A stretch of 64,000 nt of DNA from Cenarchaeum sp. GTDB lineage: Archaea > Thermoproteota > Nitrososphaeria > Nitrososphaerales > Nitrosopumilaceae. Positions 28,895 to 37,929 of the stretch are shown here, one piece after another (within the stretch, counting starts at the first letter, position 1; each line of letters opens with the position of its first letter). The position numbers were made by a program, and so were the translations under genes. Under the pieces are notes generated by a model, which searched no databases, was not told the DNA's origin, and saw only the letters and a list, made by a program, of their open reading frames with translations. The DNA lies in the NCBI GenBank assembly GCA_965212015.1, contig OZ243037.1:1536001-1600000 (forward strand), in the 5' to 3' direction.

Positions 28895-29067
28895 ATATGC
28901 TCCTTGATCATGTAGAAGTCGGCCTTGGCGTCCGGGCCGGGATCCTCGGGATGGTCTTGGGCAGTCGGACTGGCCGACAATCTGAAATCTTGTGTGATTG
29001 CCATTTGCAATCCAAGTATTGAGTACGATCCAAACATGTTAAATATGCGGGATGTGAATAGCGTATA

Positions 29068-29247
29068 ATGGACAAGAGCATAGAGGAAAAAAAGGCAGCC
29101 GAGGCCAAAAAGAAAAGCGATGAGCCGGCAGATCTCCTGGATATAAAATTAGGAGAGCACAAAAAACCTGCCGCTAAGGATCTCGAGGATGAACTTGATG
29201 ATGCCGTGCAATCCACAGCCGAAGCGACCAACAGGCAGACTAGCTAA
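29068..29247 (+). CDS. 59-aa charged small protein (below ORF track cutoff)
   Basis: MDKSIEEKKAAEAKKKSDEPADLLDIKLGEHKKPAAKDLEDELDDAVQSTAEATNRQTS; TTAAATA about 25 nt upstream. Confidence 0.65.
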   Translation: MDKSIEEKKAAEAKKKSDEPADLLDIKLGEHKKPAAKDLEDELDDAVQSTAEATNRQTS

Positions 29248-29456
29248 TGTGTAATCTTGAGGATTTAAACTGTCCTTGTACGATGTTCTATGCGTTATTC
29301 GAATGAATATGGCCAGCCTGAAATTGCCACCTTCACGCGCAATGCTTCGTGAATCAAAAGTCTAACATGGTTCCGCTCATATCTTGCATGGAACTGTAAT
29401 TCCTATTTGTGTATAAATCTGACTTGACTATGGATTATACATGATGCAGATATATT

Positions 29457-29909
29457 CTACTTGTCATCAATAACATCAGTTTGGCACAATTTCAAAAAAT
29501 AATCCTTAGAGAGGAATTTTTTTCCTGCCAAAAGATGACATAAATATGACCTTTCCGGCTTTAGTCCATTTCTGACTTTGTTTGGATTTGCAACATATGC
29601 AATGCATTTAAAAATCTCCCCGGTACATGATTCCAAATTTAGTGATTTTTTCCGATAATGGTTCGGAAAACCCTCGTGTCCGTCCAGTTGTGTCTCAGAA
29701 TCGACCTTGTACAGAATACCCTCAACTTTTGAGCCAGATTTGGGACGAATGTTGGCATAACCTGCTCTTGATCCCTCCTTTACCTCCTTGTTAAAAACAA
29801 GTTCCCAATCATGCAGTTTTGCACCAAATCTTTCTGAGAATTTGACCATTCTATCCCTGATACGGCATTCATCCATGTTGGATCCATAGGCAAAATAATT
29901 CGTCGGCAT
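29457..29909 (-). CDS. Gamma-glutamylcyclotransferase family protein
   Basis: YFAYGSNM, VEGILY, LDGHEG...Y, PERSY. Confidence 0.9.
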   Translation of the reverse strand: MPTNYFAYGSNMDECRIRDRMVKFSERFGAKLHDWELVFNKEVKEGSRAGYANIRPKSGSKVEGILYKVDSETQLDGHEGFPNHYRKKSLNLESCTGEIFKCIAYVANPNKVRNGLKPERSYLCHLLAGKKFLSKDYFLKLCQTDVIDDK

Positions 29910-30156
29910 TTATTGTGTGATAGTTAGGGTGATATTTCTAGTTTTTCAGAATCAGCAATCTGTGGCAGTCACCTACAAGATTGCCCAACTGAAATTCATC
30001 TCAGGCGAGACTTGTCCCACATTCCAATTCAGGAGCCTTCAGAGTCATGGGCCGGATTAGGATAAATTTGGCATGATATCCGCACGTGGTGGAATTCGGG
30101 ATGTAGATCGAGCCTAATTACACACCATTAATTCCAAAGATGTTTATCTTCCATCT

Positions 30157-31131
30157 GTGACAGGCATGCTAGTGGAGATTCATTTGATTAACAAGGACGG
30201 GGCGAGCAAATATGAAAAAAAACCTGTAGAGGCAGAAAAGCAGATCGAAGATGAGCTAACAAAGCATCCATCCATACTTGGCAGGGACTATTTCCTTATT
30301 GGTCGTCAGGTAAGGACCTCGCTTGGCGGAATAATTGATTTGTTGGGAATAGACCAGGAGGGCAATCTTGTAATAATTGAAATCAAAAAGGGATCGCCCA
30401 ACAGAAACGTAATATCCCAAATTATCGAGTATGCCGTATGGGCATCAGGATTACAATACGAGGACGTGCGCAAAATAACCCAGGAAAACCAACTCTATAA
30501 ATCAAAGGATCTATACGAGAAATTCAAATCCAAATTAAAAAACGGCGAGCCATTCAACCAGGGTCAGCGCCTTTACATTGTCACAGAGGATACCGACGAA
30601 AAAATTAAAGAGATTTGCATGTATCTCCGGAAGCGAGGAATCGACATAAAATGTGTTCAGCTGAATTTCTTTGAACGGGAAGGCCAGAGGCTAGTCCAGA
30701 CGCATTTTGTAGTGGATGATATCAATTCGGAATTAGGCGAGGAGAGCACCATTCATAAAACATGGGAGGAGAGGTTAAAATGGGCCAGTAATGAAAGCCG
30801 CTCTTCTGTAAACGCATTAATCGATAAAATCGAGAAAAGATTCCAATTAACCAGAGGGCCAAAGTACAGATGGTGTTATTTCCGGACAAAAGAGACAAAA
30901 AAACATTTTGCGGTAATAATATGCCAAAAGAGAATAAGCCGTATTGCATTTAGAATAAATCCTGATAAATTCGACATTGAGGATCCGAACATACAGGAAA
31001 TCGAGGGCTTTTTTTTCCTACAGAATAACAAGAAACAAAGCACAGAAAGAAGGATCTACATAAAGCCTGAAAACTTTCCATTGATTATGAAATGCCTAGA
31101 TCACGCGTACGCTGCGACCAAGAATTTTTAG
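30157..31131 (+). CDS. NucS/DUF91-like PD-(D/E)xK endonuclease with additional C-terminal domain
   Basis: EKQIED, IGRQV, IDLLGID.EGNLVIIEIKK, QIIEYA. Confidence 0.85.
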   Translation: MTGMLVEIHLINKDGASKYEKKPVEAEKQIEDELTKHPSILGRDYFLIGRQVRTSLGGIIDLLGIDQEGNLVIIEIKKGSPNRNVISQIIEYAVWASGLQYEDVRKITQENQLYKSKDLYEKFKSKLKNGEPFNQGQRLYIVTEDTDEKIKEICMYLRKRGIDIKCVQLNFFEREGQRLVQTHFVVDDINSELGEESTIHKTWEERLKWASNESRSSVNALIDKIEKRFQLTRGPKYRWCYFRTKETKKHFAVIICQKRISRIAFRINPDKFDIEDPNIQEIEGFFFLQNNKKQSTERRIYIKPENFPLIMKCLDHAYAATKNF

Positions 31132-31333
31132 TTCGATCCGAAAGGTTTGGTCATTGTCCGTAGATGAACATATTCGGTAAATAAATAACGATGCATAAAA
31201 ATACACGGGATGGCGCTAATGGAAACCATACACGACAGGATATGTGGACAGGATTGTTCTAGTAGAGGGATCACGGTATGAGGCAAGAGATTTGTGAAAC
31301 AAATAACTCTAGTCGATCAATTACATACAAATC

Positions 31334-31681
31334 CTATTTGTATTTGTGAACCGCATATGCTGTTATTATTGCAGTTACAACTATACCAGCAACAATCCCA
31401 GGAATCCAATGAGGTGAATCATTTAGCAAATGCTTTATCGGATCCTTACTGGGATTTGCATGATCCCAGTGAATCAAATAACAATCATCATATTCCTTGA
31501 TGTGTATGTCCTTTCCATCATCTAACGTTATGCGGTAATTGCCCTTTTGGCCATCAAGATCTGCCAATATGCTTTTGTAAGGTTGTAAGAAATTGCGATC
31601 TAGATCATATTTTTCAATTCTTACATCGGTATGGGCAGAATAATTCAACACTTTGTCAATAAACCATCTATCTTGGTTCAT
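31334..31681 (-). CDS. Hypothetical protein with C-terminal TM helix
   Basis: IHIKEYDD..IHWDHANP.KDPIKHL..DSP followed by a hydrophobic tail. Confidence 0.7.
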   Translation of the reverse strand: MNQDRWFIDKVLNYSAHTDVRIEKYDLDRNFLQPYKSILADLDGQKGNYRITLDDGKDIHIKEYDDCYLIHWDHANPSKDPIKHLLNDSPHWIPGIVAGIVVTAIITAYAVHKYK

Positions 31682-31750
31682 GATTTAATATGTTGAATCT
31701 ACTATTTATAATTTTAATCCAAAATTCATGATTGTGGGATCCAGAAAGTT

Positions 31751-31937
31751 CTTCCCTCACTCTGTGGGCTCTCGGACAGGTGATGAACTATTTGGACAAG
31801 ATAAAGATCTTTACCGGCAAATCCCACTTTATTGTTCAATCTGATTCCGTGCTTTACAATCCCTCCCCATTCAAACCATGAGCCGAATCATCCCGTGCCA
31901 AAGCCTCCCGCATCAGAATAATACGGAGATGATCAGA
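31751..31937. repeat. Degenerate dispersed repeat, copy B (contains both the A and C segments)
   Basis: Left part matches 8541-8596, right part matches 28759-28894, same orientation. Confidence 0.75.
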
Positions 31938-32052
31938 CTAGAATAACACCGGCGCCCCTGCAGACGCGTAATCCTGTAATGCCGGCCTATACGGAACTGC
32001 ACTGCGCCACCGCTCGCAGTAAACGCTATACGACGGCCCGTAACGGTATGGG

Positions 32053-32589
32053 GTGATGAAAAAGCAAAGACTGCCCGCACGGCGGGCCTATCTGATATTT
32101 GGCACAGCGGCCCTTGCCATTGCGTTTGCATACTCTTATCTTGACTCTGACATGTCGCCTGACTCTGCGGGAACGGACGACTCTGCCGCACAGTATGCAC
32201 ACATGGAGCATCCGCCGGATGGGGCCGCGATACACGGAAGGATTACCGGGATAATCGACGGCGATACGCTTGAAATTGACGGCACGCGAATAAGGCTGGC
32301 CCTTGTGGATGCCCCAGAACGCGGTGATGCGGGATACCGCGAGGCGGCAGAGTTTGCAAGAGAAGAGTGTCCGGTGGATTCTGCCGCAATGTACGATGTG
32401 GATGACGGGCAAAAAGAAGGCTCGTATGGCAGGATTATCGCAAAGGTGTGGTGTTTTAAAAATTCAGATGTGGCGCCTGCCGAGTCGCTAAACAGCAGGC
32501 TTGTGGGTTTGGGCCATGCAGAGATTATCCCGCACTTCTGCAAGACCAGCGAGTACGGCGGCGAGAAATGGGCCTCCGGCCGGTGTTGA
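32053..32589 (+). CDS. Thermonuclease (SNase-like), membrane-anchored/secreted
   Basis: N-terminal TM, IIDGDT, IRLALVDAPE, YGRIIA. Confidence 0.9.
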   Translation: MMKKQRLPARRAYLIFGTAALAIAFAYSYLDSDMSPDSAGTDDSAAQYAHMEHPPDGAAIHGRITGIIDGDTLEIDGTRIRLALVDAPERGDAGYREAAEFAREECPVDSAAMYDVDDGQKEGSYGRIIAKVWCFKNSDVAPAESLNSRLVGLGHAEIIPHFCKTSEYGGEKWASGRC

Positions 32590-32659
32590 GGATACGCAGG
32601 GACACCGGCGCAGACGAATGCTCAGTATTGCTTAAAACTGCGGGACTGTAGCATCTGTA

Positions 32660-32863
32660 ATGAAGGCCCGGTTTGTCCTGCTTGCCATACTCTCCGGCGT
32701 CTTTATGATCGCCTTCCTGCCGGTGGGGATTTTGTTCTTTGTACTGGTCTGCATGTATTATCTTAAATCAGAGACCCGGGACGATTCAGGCGGGGCATAT
32801 CCTGACTTTCAAAAACTACTTGGCAGCCGGGGCTATGCTGATGCCCAAAAGCGCCTGAAATAA
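32660..32863 (+). CDS. Small membrane protein
   Basis: 67 aa with hydrophobic N-terminal half; CTTAAA about 25 nt upstream. Confidence 0.6.
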   Translation: MKARFVLLAILSGVFMIAFLPVGILFFVLVCMYYLKSETRDDSGGAYPDFQKLLGSRGYADAQKRLK

Positions 32864-32898
32864 TGCCGGCCGGCTGCAAAAGCCGAATCTAAATGAAG

Positions 32899-32982
32899 CG
32901 CAGAGAGAGGGATTCGAACCCCCGCGCGATTGCTCACACAGGCTCTCAAGGCCCGCGCCCTACCAGGCTAGGCGACCTCTGC
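32899..32982 (-). tRNA. tRNA-Ser(TGA)
   Basis: GCAGAGG acceptor, anticodon loop CTTGAGA, long variable arm, GGTTCGAATCC. Confidence 0.95.
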
Positions 32983-33082
32983 GAACTATATTTGTAACAA
33001 CCGATTAAAATTTGTTGAGATGGCGCGGCAGTAGCGGGCTGAGACATTCGGATCCGCGGGCCTCGTGTGTGTGCGGCAGATA

Positions 33083-33105
33083 CAAAATAAAAAGAGAAAA
33101 AAAAG
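33083..33105 (-). terminator. Oligo-T terminator after the ferredoxin gene
   Basis: Long T-rich pyrimidine tract immediately after the stop on the minus strand. Confidence 0.6.
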
Positions 33106-33106
33106 A

Positions 33107-33640
33107 CTAGTGTGCGTGTGGATTGGCAGAGCTGCCCTTCATCTGTACGAACGTTCCGTCTGCCTTTTCGTGGTGTTCCTGGTATGACGGTTCAATCAGG
33201 ATTGCCTTTTCCGGGCAGGCCTCCTGGCACGCCATGCACTGAGTGCAGTCGTGCTCCCTGATTGGCTGCGACTTGTCAGAATAGTCTAGACGTTCGTCCT
33301 GTTCAGTTAGTCCGGTTCCCTCAAAGGTATCGTCGAGACACTTGTCTGCCGAGACGTCCTTTTCGGTCCTGTACCACTGAAATGTCTGGACGGGACATAC
33401 GCTCATGCATGATCCTTGGGCCGTACAGTCGTCCCAGTCCACTGCGACTACCGTGCCGTGGATGCCGAGAGGAACCTGCTTTTCACCGTGTGCCTCGTAC
33501 GCCTCTTTTACCTGATCGTTGCTAAATGCCGCCCCGTCTTTTTTGCCCTTGCCCCAAATGAAGTGCTTGTTTTCACCGTCTGAGTGACTCGTCTTTCCAG
33601 TCACCTTGAGATTTTCGACAAATTTGTCATCAATTGGCAT
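33107..33640 (-). CDS. Dicluster (Zn-containing type) ferredoxin, paralog 1
   Basis: CTAQGSCMSVCP and CTQCMACQEACP; His-containing N-terminal extension. Confidence 0.9.
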   Translation of the reverse strand: MPIDDKFVENLKVTGKTSHSDGENKHFIWGKGKKDGAAFSNDQVKEAYEAHGEKQVPLGIHGTVVAVDWDDCTAQGSCMSVCPVQTFQWYRTEKDVSADKCLDDTFEGTGLTEQDERLDYSDKSQPIREHDCTQCMACQEACPEKAILIEPSYQEHHEKADGTFVQMKGSSANPHAH

Positions 33641-33681
33641 GGATTAAAACCCATTTGGATAATATTTAAATCTAGACAAAC

Positions 33682-33695
33682 TTAGTTTGGACTAA
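33682..33695. promoter_or_regulatory. Inverted repeat TTAG-N6-CTAA, candidate DtxR-family operator
   Basis: TTAGTTTGGACTAA just upstream of the TTTAAATA TATA box of ferredoxin paralog 1. Confidence 0.4.
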
Positions 33696-33740
33696 ATTAT
33701 TGCCAGGATATCAAAGAAAAAACCGGATCTGCTCGGGTGC

Positions 33741-34277
33741 CTAGTCGTGTGAGTGGGGATTGTGCGATCCCGATTCCATCTTTACAAACGTGCCTGCCGC
33801 CTTTTCGTGGTGCTCCAGACATGACTGGTCCACCTTGATGGCCTGGGGCGGACACACAGAGACGCAGGCCATGCACCAGATGCAGTCGTGCTCCCTGATT
33901 ACGTCTGCCTTGTCGCTATGATCCTTTCTCTCCTCCTTTACGGTACTGCCGGTCCCCTCAAAGGTCTCGTGGATGGCCTGTATGGCAGGAATGTCCTTTT
34001 CGGTCCTGTACCACTGGAACACCTGGACCGGACATGCCTCGATACACGCGCCGTCGGCCACGCAAGAGTCCCAGTCCACTGCCACCATGGTCCCGCTGAT
34101 GCCTAGGGGCTCGAATTTCTCGCCATGCGCCTTGTATGCTGCCTGTACCTCGTCGCTAGTTGCAGTCTCGGCGTCACCCCTGCCCGGACCCCAGACAAAA
34201 TGAAAATGCTCCCCGTCTGCATGCTTTATCTTTCCGATGGGCTTTAGACCCTCCGGGAAATTTTCCGCAATCGGCAT
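33741..34277 (-). CDS. Dicluster (Zn-containing type) ferredoxin, paralog 2
   Basis: CVADGACIEACP and CIWCMACVSVCP. Confidence 0.92.
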   Translation of the reverse strand: MPIAENFPEGLKPIGKIKHADGEHFHFVWGPGRGDAETATSDEVQAAYKAHGEKFEPLGISGTMVAVDWDSCVADGACIEACPVQVFQWYRTEKDIPAIQAIHETFEGTGSTVKEERKDHSDKADVIREHDCIWCMACVSVCPPQAIKVDQSCLEHHEKAAGTFVKMESGSHNPHSHD

Positions 34278-34459
34278 GAGTCTGAAAACTTGAGGATATT
34301 ATTTAAATCTAGGCAATACGTCCGTGCGGGGCCGCACCCAGTTGGGCGCGAATCGCACGGGTCCTAGGCGGCCCGGAGGGGCCGCCCGGGTATAAAAGCA
34401 TGCAGGCAGCCCAATCATACGCATATCCCTACGTTCATATTTTTTAGAATACCAGTTGA

Positions 34460-35128
34460 TTGGTGGATATTTTTACGTACGACGTGTACCGTGGCCCGAA
34501 TATCGGAATCTATGCCACGGTAAACGATGAAAAGATCTTTTTGCCCAGGGGCTTTGCAAAATCAAAGGCCTCCAATCTGGAAAAATACCTCGATGCCGAG
34601 GCGCTTTATACCTCGGTAGCAAACACGAGGCTGATGGGAATACTGATGGTGGTAAACAACCACGGGATTTTGCTGCCAAACACCATCTCAGAGATGGAGC
34701 TGGAATTTTACAAAAAGCACACGGATCTCAACGTCGCCGTCCTGGATACAAAGTTTACCGCGCTGGGAAACATGATAAGCGCCAACGACAAGGGCTGCGT
34801 GGTCTCGCCGGTAATCCCGAAAAAGCAGGCCGAACAGGTATCTGATGTACTTGACGTGGAGGTCATACAAAAGAGGATAGCAGGATACGATCAGATCGGG
34901 GCAATGATGACGGCGACATCGCACGGCGGTATAATACACCCAGAGACTGACGACGCAGACGTCAGAAAAATCTCCGACGTCCTGGGCATAAACATGGAGC
35001 CGGCCACCATCAACGGCGGAATACCGTTTGTCGCATCCGGGGTGCTGGCCAACAACAAGAGCATGGTGGTGGGATCCTTTACTAGCGGCCCGGAGATAAT
35101 GATGCTCACAAGGGCCTTTGCAGGCTAG
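34460..35128 (+). CDS. eif6: Translation initiation factor aIF-6
   Basis: PNIGIY, TALGNMISAND, HP, TINGG, TSGPE. Confidence 0.95.
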   Translation: MVDIFTYDVYRGPNIGIYATVNDEKIFLPRGFAKSKASNLEKYLDAEALYTSVANTRLMGILMVVNNHGILLPNTISEMELEFYKKHTDLNVAVLDTKFTALGNMISANDKGCVVSPVIPKKQAEQVSDVLDVEVIQKRIAGYDQIGAMMTATSHGGIIHPETDDADVRKISDVLGINMEPATINGGIPFVASGVLANNKSMVVGSFTSGPEIMMLTRAFAG

Positions 35129-36408
35129 GCGTCACAAAGATACTTGCCTGCGTCCCCCAAAAGCTCGTCGATACTTACTGCGGATTCCGTCCCGTCTGCC
35201 ATGTTTTTGAGCACTATCTGGCCCCGGCTTGCCTCCTTGGGGCCCACTATCACTGCCAGGCCTGCGTCTGAGGCCGCCTCCATCTGCTTTTTCAGGCTCC
35301 TTCCCACAAGATCAATCTCTACTGGTATGTTTTTTGCGCGAATGCGTGACGCAAGATTCATCGCCTGCCTTTGCATGTCAGCATTCACATACAGCACTGC
35401 AATCTTTTGCACTTTGGGTGCGTGCCGTATGCCCTGCTCGTCCATCGCAAGTATCATCCGCTCCACGCCGCCTGCAATCCCCGTCGCGCCAATGTCGTCG
35501 CGCCCAAACGCCCTTGTCAGCTTGTCGTACCTGCCCCCGCCTGCAAGGGCGCCGAGCTTTGAGCTTGTATCGAACACCTCAAAGACCGTCCCCGAATAAT
35601 AGTCCAGTCCGCGGACAATCCCAAAGTTTATCGCGATATTGTCAACAGAGCGGTTTTGCAGCAGGATCCAAAGCTGCTCTAGATAGTCCCATGATTCCAG
35701 CCCCGATACGTCGGTTCTGGCCCTTACCTGTTCTGGCGTTCCTGCAATCGTGGCAAAGTCCAGCAGGTTCTGCGCAAACTCTTGCGGCACGTGCCTGTAT
35801 TCTGCGAGCAGGCTCTCCCTTGGCTTTTTTGCCGCCTTGTCGACAAGCCTGAACGAGTCGGCGAATATCTCCTCCTGCCGCCCCGGATCAAAATCCGGGT
35901 AATTCTTGCGGATATAGGACTCTACAAGCCTGCGGTGGTTGATCTGAATCTCGATGCCCTCGAGGCCTAGGTCCCCGAACAGCCTGGATGTAAACTCGAT
36001 CACCTCGGATTCGGACTCTGGACTGGGCCTTCCGAAAATCTCAATGTTCCACTGGTGAAAAAACCGGTATCTCCCCCTTTGCGGCTCGTCGTACCGGAAC
36101 ACGCCCCCAAACGAGCCGAGCTTTGCGGGAAGCTTTAGCGACTGCTGGGATGCGACGTACCTGGTCAGGCCGACGGTAAAGTCAAAGCGCAGCGCCACAT
36201 CGCGCATGCCCTTGTCCTTGAAGAAATAAATCTCGTCTTTTATCGCGGATCCGGACTTTGCCTCCAGCGTCGAGAGCGATTCAATCGGCGAGGGCTCCAT
36301 CATTTTGAATGAAAACAGCCTTGCAGTCTGGATGAATTTTTCCCTGACGGCCTCTATCCTTGAGGCCTCCTCCGGCGCAAAATCCTTCATTCCGCGTGGC
36401 AGTTCCAA
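35125..36408 (-). CDS. hisS: Histidine--tRNA ligase
   Basis: PRGMKDF, FRYDEPQRGRYRFFHQ, VRGLDYY, GGGRYD. Confidence 0.97.
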   Translation of the reverse strand: MELPRGMKDFAPEEASRIEAVREKFIQTARLFSFKMMEPSPIESLSTLEAKSGSAIKDEIYFFKDKGMRDVALRFDFTVGLTRYVASQQSLKLPAKLGSFGGVFRYDEPQRGRYRFFHQWNIEIFGRPSPESESEVIEFTSRLFGDLGLEGIEIQINHRRLVESYIRKNYPDFDPGRQEEIFADSFRLVDKAAKKPRESLLAEYRHVPQEFAQNLLDFATIAGTPEQVRARTDVSGLESWDYLEQLWILLQNRSVDNIAINFGIVRGLDYYSGTVFEVFDTSSKLGALAGGGRYDKLTRAFGRDDIGATGIAGGVERMILAMDEQGIRHAPKVQKIAVLYVNADMQRQAMNLASRIRAKNIPVEIDLVGRSLKKQMEAASDAGLAVIVGPKEASRGQIVLKNMADGTESAVSIDELLGDAGKYLCDA

Positions 36409-36539
36409 ACCAACTTGGGAGTCGGGATCTACTGATTTAAGATTTTGGGAGGCCCGCCGGGACGGCGTATCGGGATTGTCTTGATCCCCCGGCCAGACTC
36501 CTAAAACAGATTAATTACTGGGCTTGTTTTCTGCCTCTT

Positions 36540-37445
36540 GTGGATTCAAAGTTCATCTGGCTTGACGGCGAATTTGTCGCACACGACAGGGCAACGGTGC
36601 CGATTACCACGCATGCCATCCACTACGGGACGTCGGTATTTGAGGGGGTAAGGGCGTACTGGAACTCGGAGAACCTGCACGTCTTTAGGCTGCCTGAGCA
36701 CATCAGGCGGTTCAGGCGATCGGGGGAGTACTATTCAATGTCGCTGAACTTTACAGACGATCAGATAAGGGACGCCGTCATAAACCTGTGCAAAAAAAAC
36801 AAGACCAGACAATCGTGCTATATCAGGCCGTTTTATTTCGTAGGCCAGCACGGGATCAACTTGCATGTGACAAAAAAGACCCCCACGGTTGCGGCCATTA
36901 TCATGTTTCCGCTGGGGGACCTGTTTGACAAGGGCGGCATTACTGCGGCCGTGTCGTCCTGGAGAAAGTTCTCAGATGCGTCCACCCCGACGCAGGCAAA
37001 GATGGGGGGCAACTATCTCAACTCGATAATCTCCACGCAGGAGGCAAAGGGCAGGGGATTTGACGAGGCGATACTGCTGGACTTGCAGGGATATGTAAGT
37101 GAGGCCCCCGGCGAGAACATTTTTGTCGTAAAGGACGGCCACCTGACTACCCCGCCTGCCTCGCCTGCGCTGGACGGAATCACGCGCGACTCTATTCTTG
37201 GGATTGCCGGGGATTCGGGATACAAGGTGTCGGTTAAAAAATTCAGAAAACAGACGCTGTATCGTGCCGACGAGGTATTTCTTTGCGGCACGGCGGCTGA
37301 AATTACCCCGGTAGTCAAAGTCGACGGAAAAAAGATCGGCGACGGCAAGGCAGGCAAGACTACCAAAAGCCTGATGGGCGCGTATGCCAGAATCGTGGCA
37401 GGCGGGGATTCAAGGTACGCCGGATGGCTGACTGCGGTATATTGA
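36540..37445 (+). CDS. ilvE: Branched-chain amino acid aminotransferase
   Basis: HYGTSVFEG, AKMGGNY, EAPGENIF, LDGITR, GTAAEITPV. Confidence 0.95.
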   Translation: MDSKFIWLDGEFVAHDRATVPITTHAIHYGTSVFEGVRAYWNSENLHVFRLPEHIRRFRRSGEYYSMSLNFTDDQIRDAVINLCKKNKTRQSCYIRPFYFVGQHGINLHVTKKTPTVAAIIMFPLGDLFDKGGITAAVSSWRKFSDASTPTQAKMGGNYLNSIISTQEAKGRGFDEAILLDLQGYVSEAPGENIFVVKDGHLTTPPASPALDGITRDSILGIAGDSGYKVSVKKFRKQTLYRADEVFLCGTAAEITPVVKVDGKKIGDGKAGKTTKSLMGAYARIVAGGDSRYAGWLTAVY

Positions 37446-37461
37446 CTGCGGTATATTGACT
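37429..37461 (+). repeat. 14-bp tandem duplication spanning the ilvE stop
   Basis: TGACTGCGGTATAT x2 plus TGACT. Confidence 0.85.
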
Positions 37462-37577
37462 ACAGGCCGGATGCGGACTGTCACGGCGGCTAGAATCCGG
37501 CTGCGGCACGCCTCTGCCTTGATCGCCTGAATCGGCACTTTTATCAAGCCAAAAAGTCCACGGTTTGCTTGTCTAAA

Positions 37578-37847
37578 ATGAACAGGAAAATGATGGACAT
37601 TCTGGCGTGTCCTATTGACAAGCACGCGCCGCTGGAGATCTTTGAGTGCAAGGCCAAAGACGAGACAGTCAGTGAGGGGGCGCTCTACTGCACAGAGTGC
37701 ACTAGGTTCTATCCCATAATCGACGACATTCCAATCATGCTGCCCGACGAGCTAAGGGACAAGGGACAGGACATGGACTTTCTGAGGGCCAACATGGGGG
37801 CGCTTCCAGAAAAAATAACCAAGCAGTCGATGCCGTGGCACGTGTGA
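37578..37847 (+). CDS. Trm112-like methyltransferase activator
   Basis: DILACPID..L, EGALYC..C.RFYPIIDDIPIMLP. Confidence 0.9.
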   Translation: MNRKMMDILACPIDKHAPLEIFECKAKDETVSEGALYCTECTRFYPIIDDIPIMLPDELRDKGQDMDFLRANMGALPEKITKQSMPWHV

Positions 37848-37929
37848 CTATACGATGCGGATTTTTCCGGCATGATTCGTCCTGCGCGGGACTAGCTCCA
37901 TTAATTAGATGTGACTGCAACCAGGGTGC

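Larger units (their letters stand above)
25821..31950. mobile_element. tRNA-Ala-anchored genomic island; right boundary uncertain
   Basis: Integrase abutting the tRNA 3' end, followed by AT-rich unrelated cargo genes and decayed spacers; no clear attR seen. Confidence 0.65.

Noticed and set aside
28819-29037. 72-aa minus-strand ORF as a real gene
   Set aside because: It runs through repeat copy C, whose homologous copy B has stops in the equivalent frame; treated as a relic.
31858-31867. AATCCCTCCC as attR copy of the tRNA-Ala 3' end
   Set aside because: Only about 10 nt match, embedded in another repeat; too short to support.
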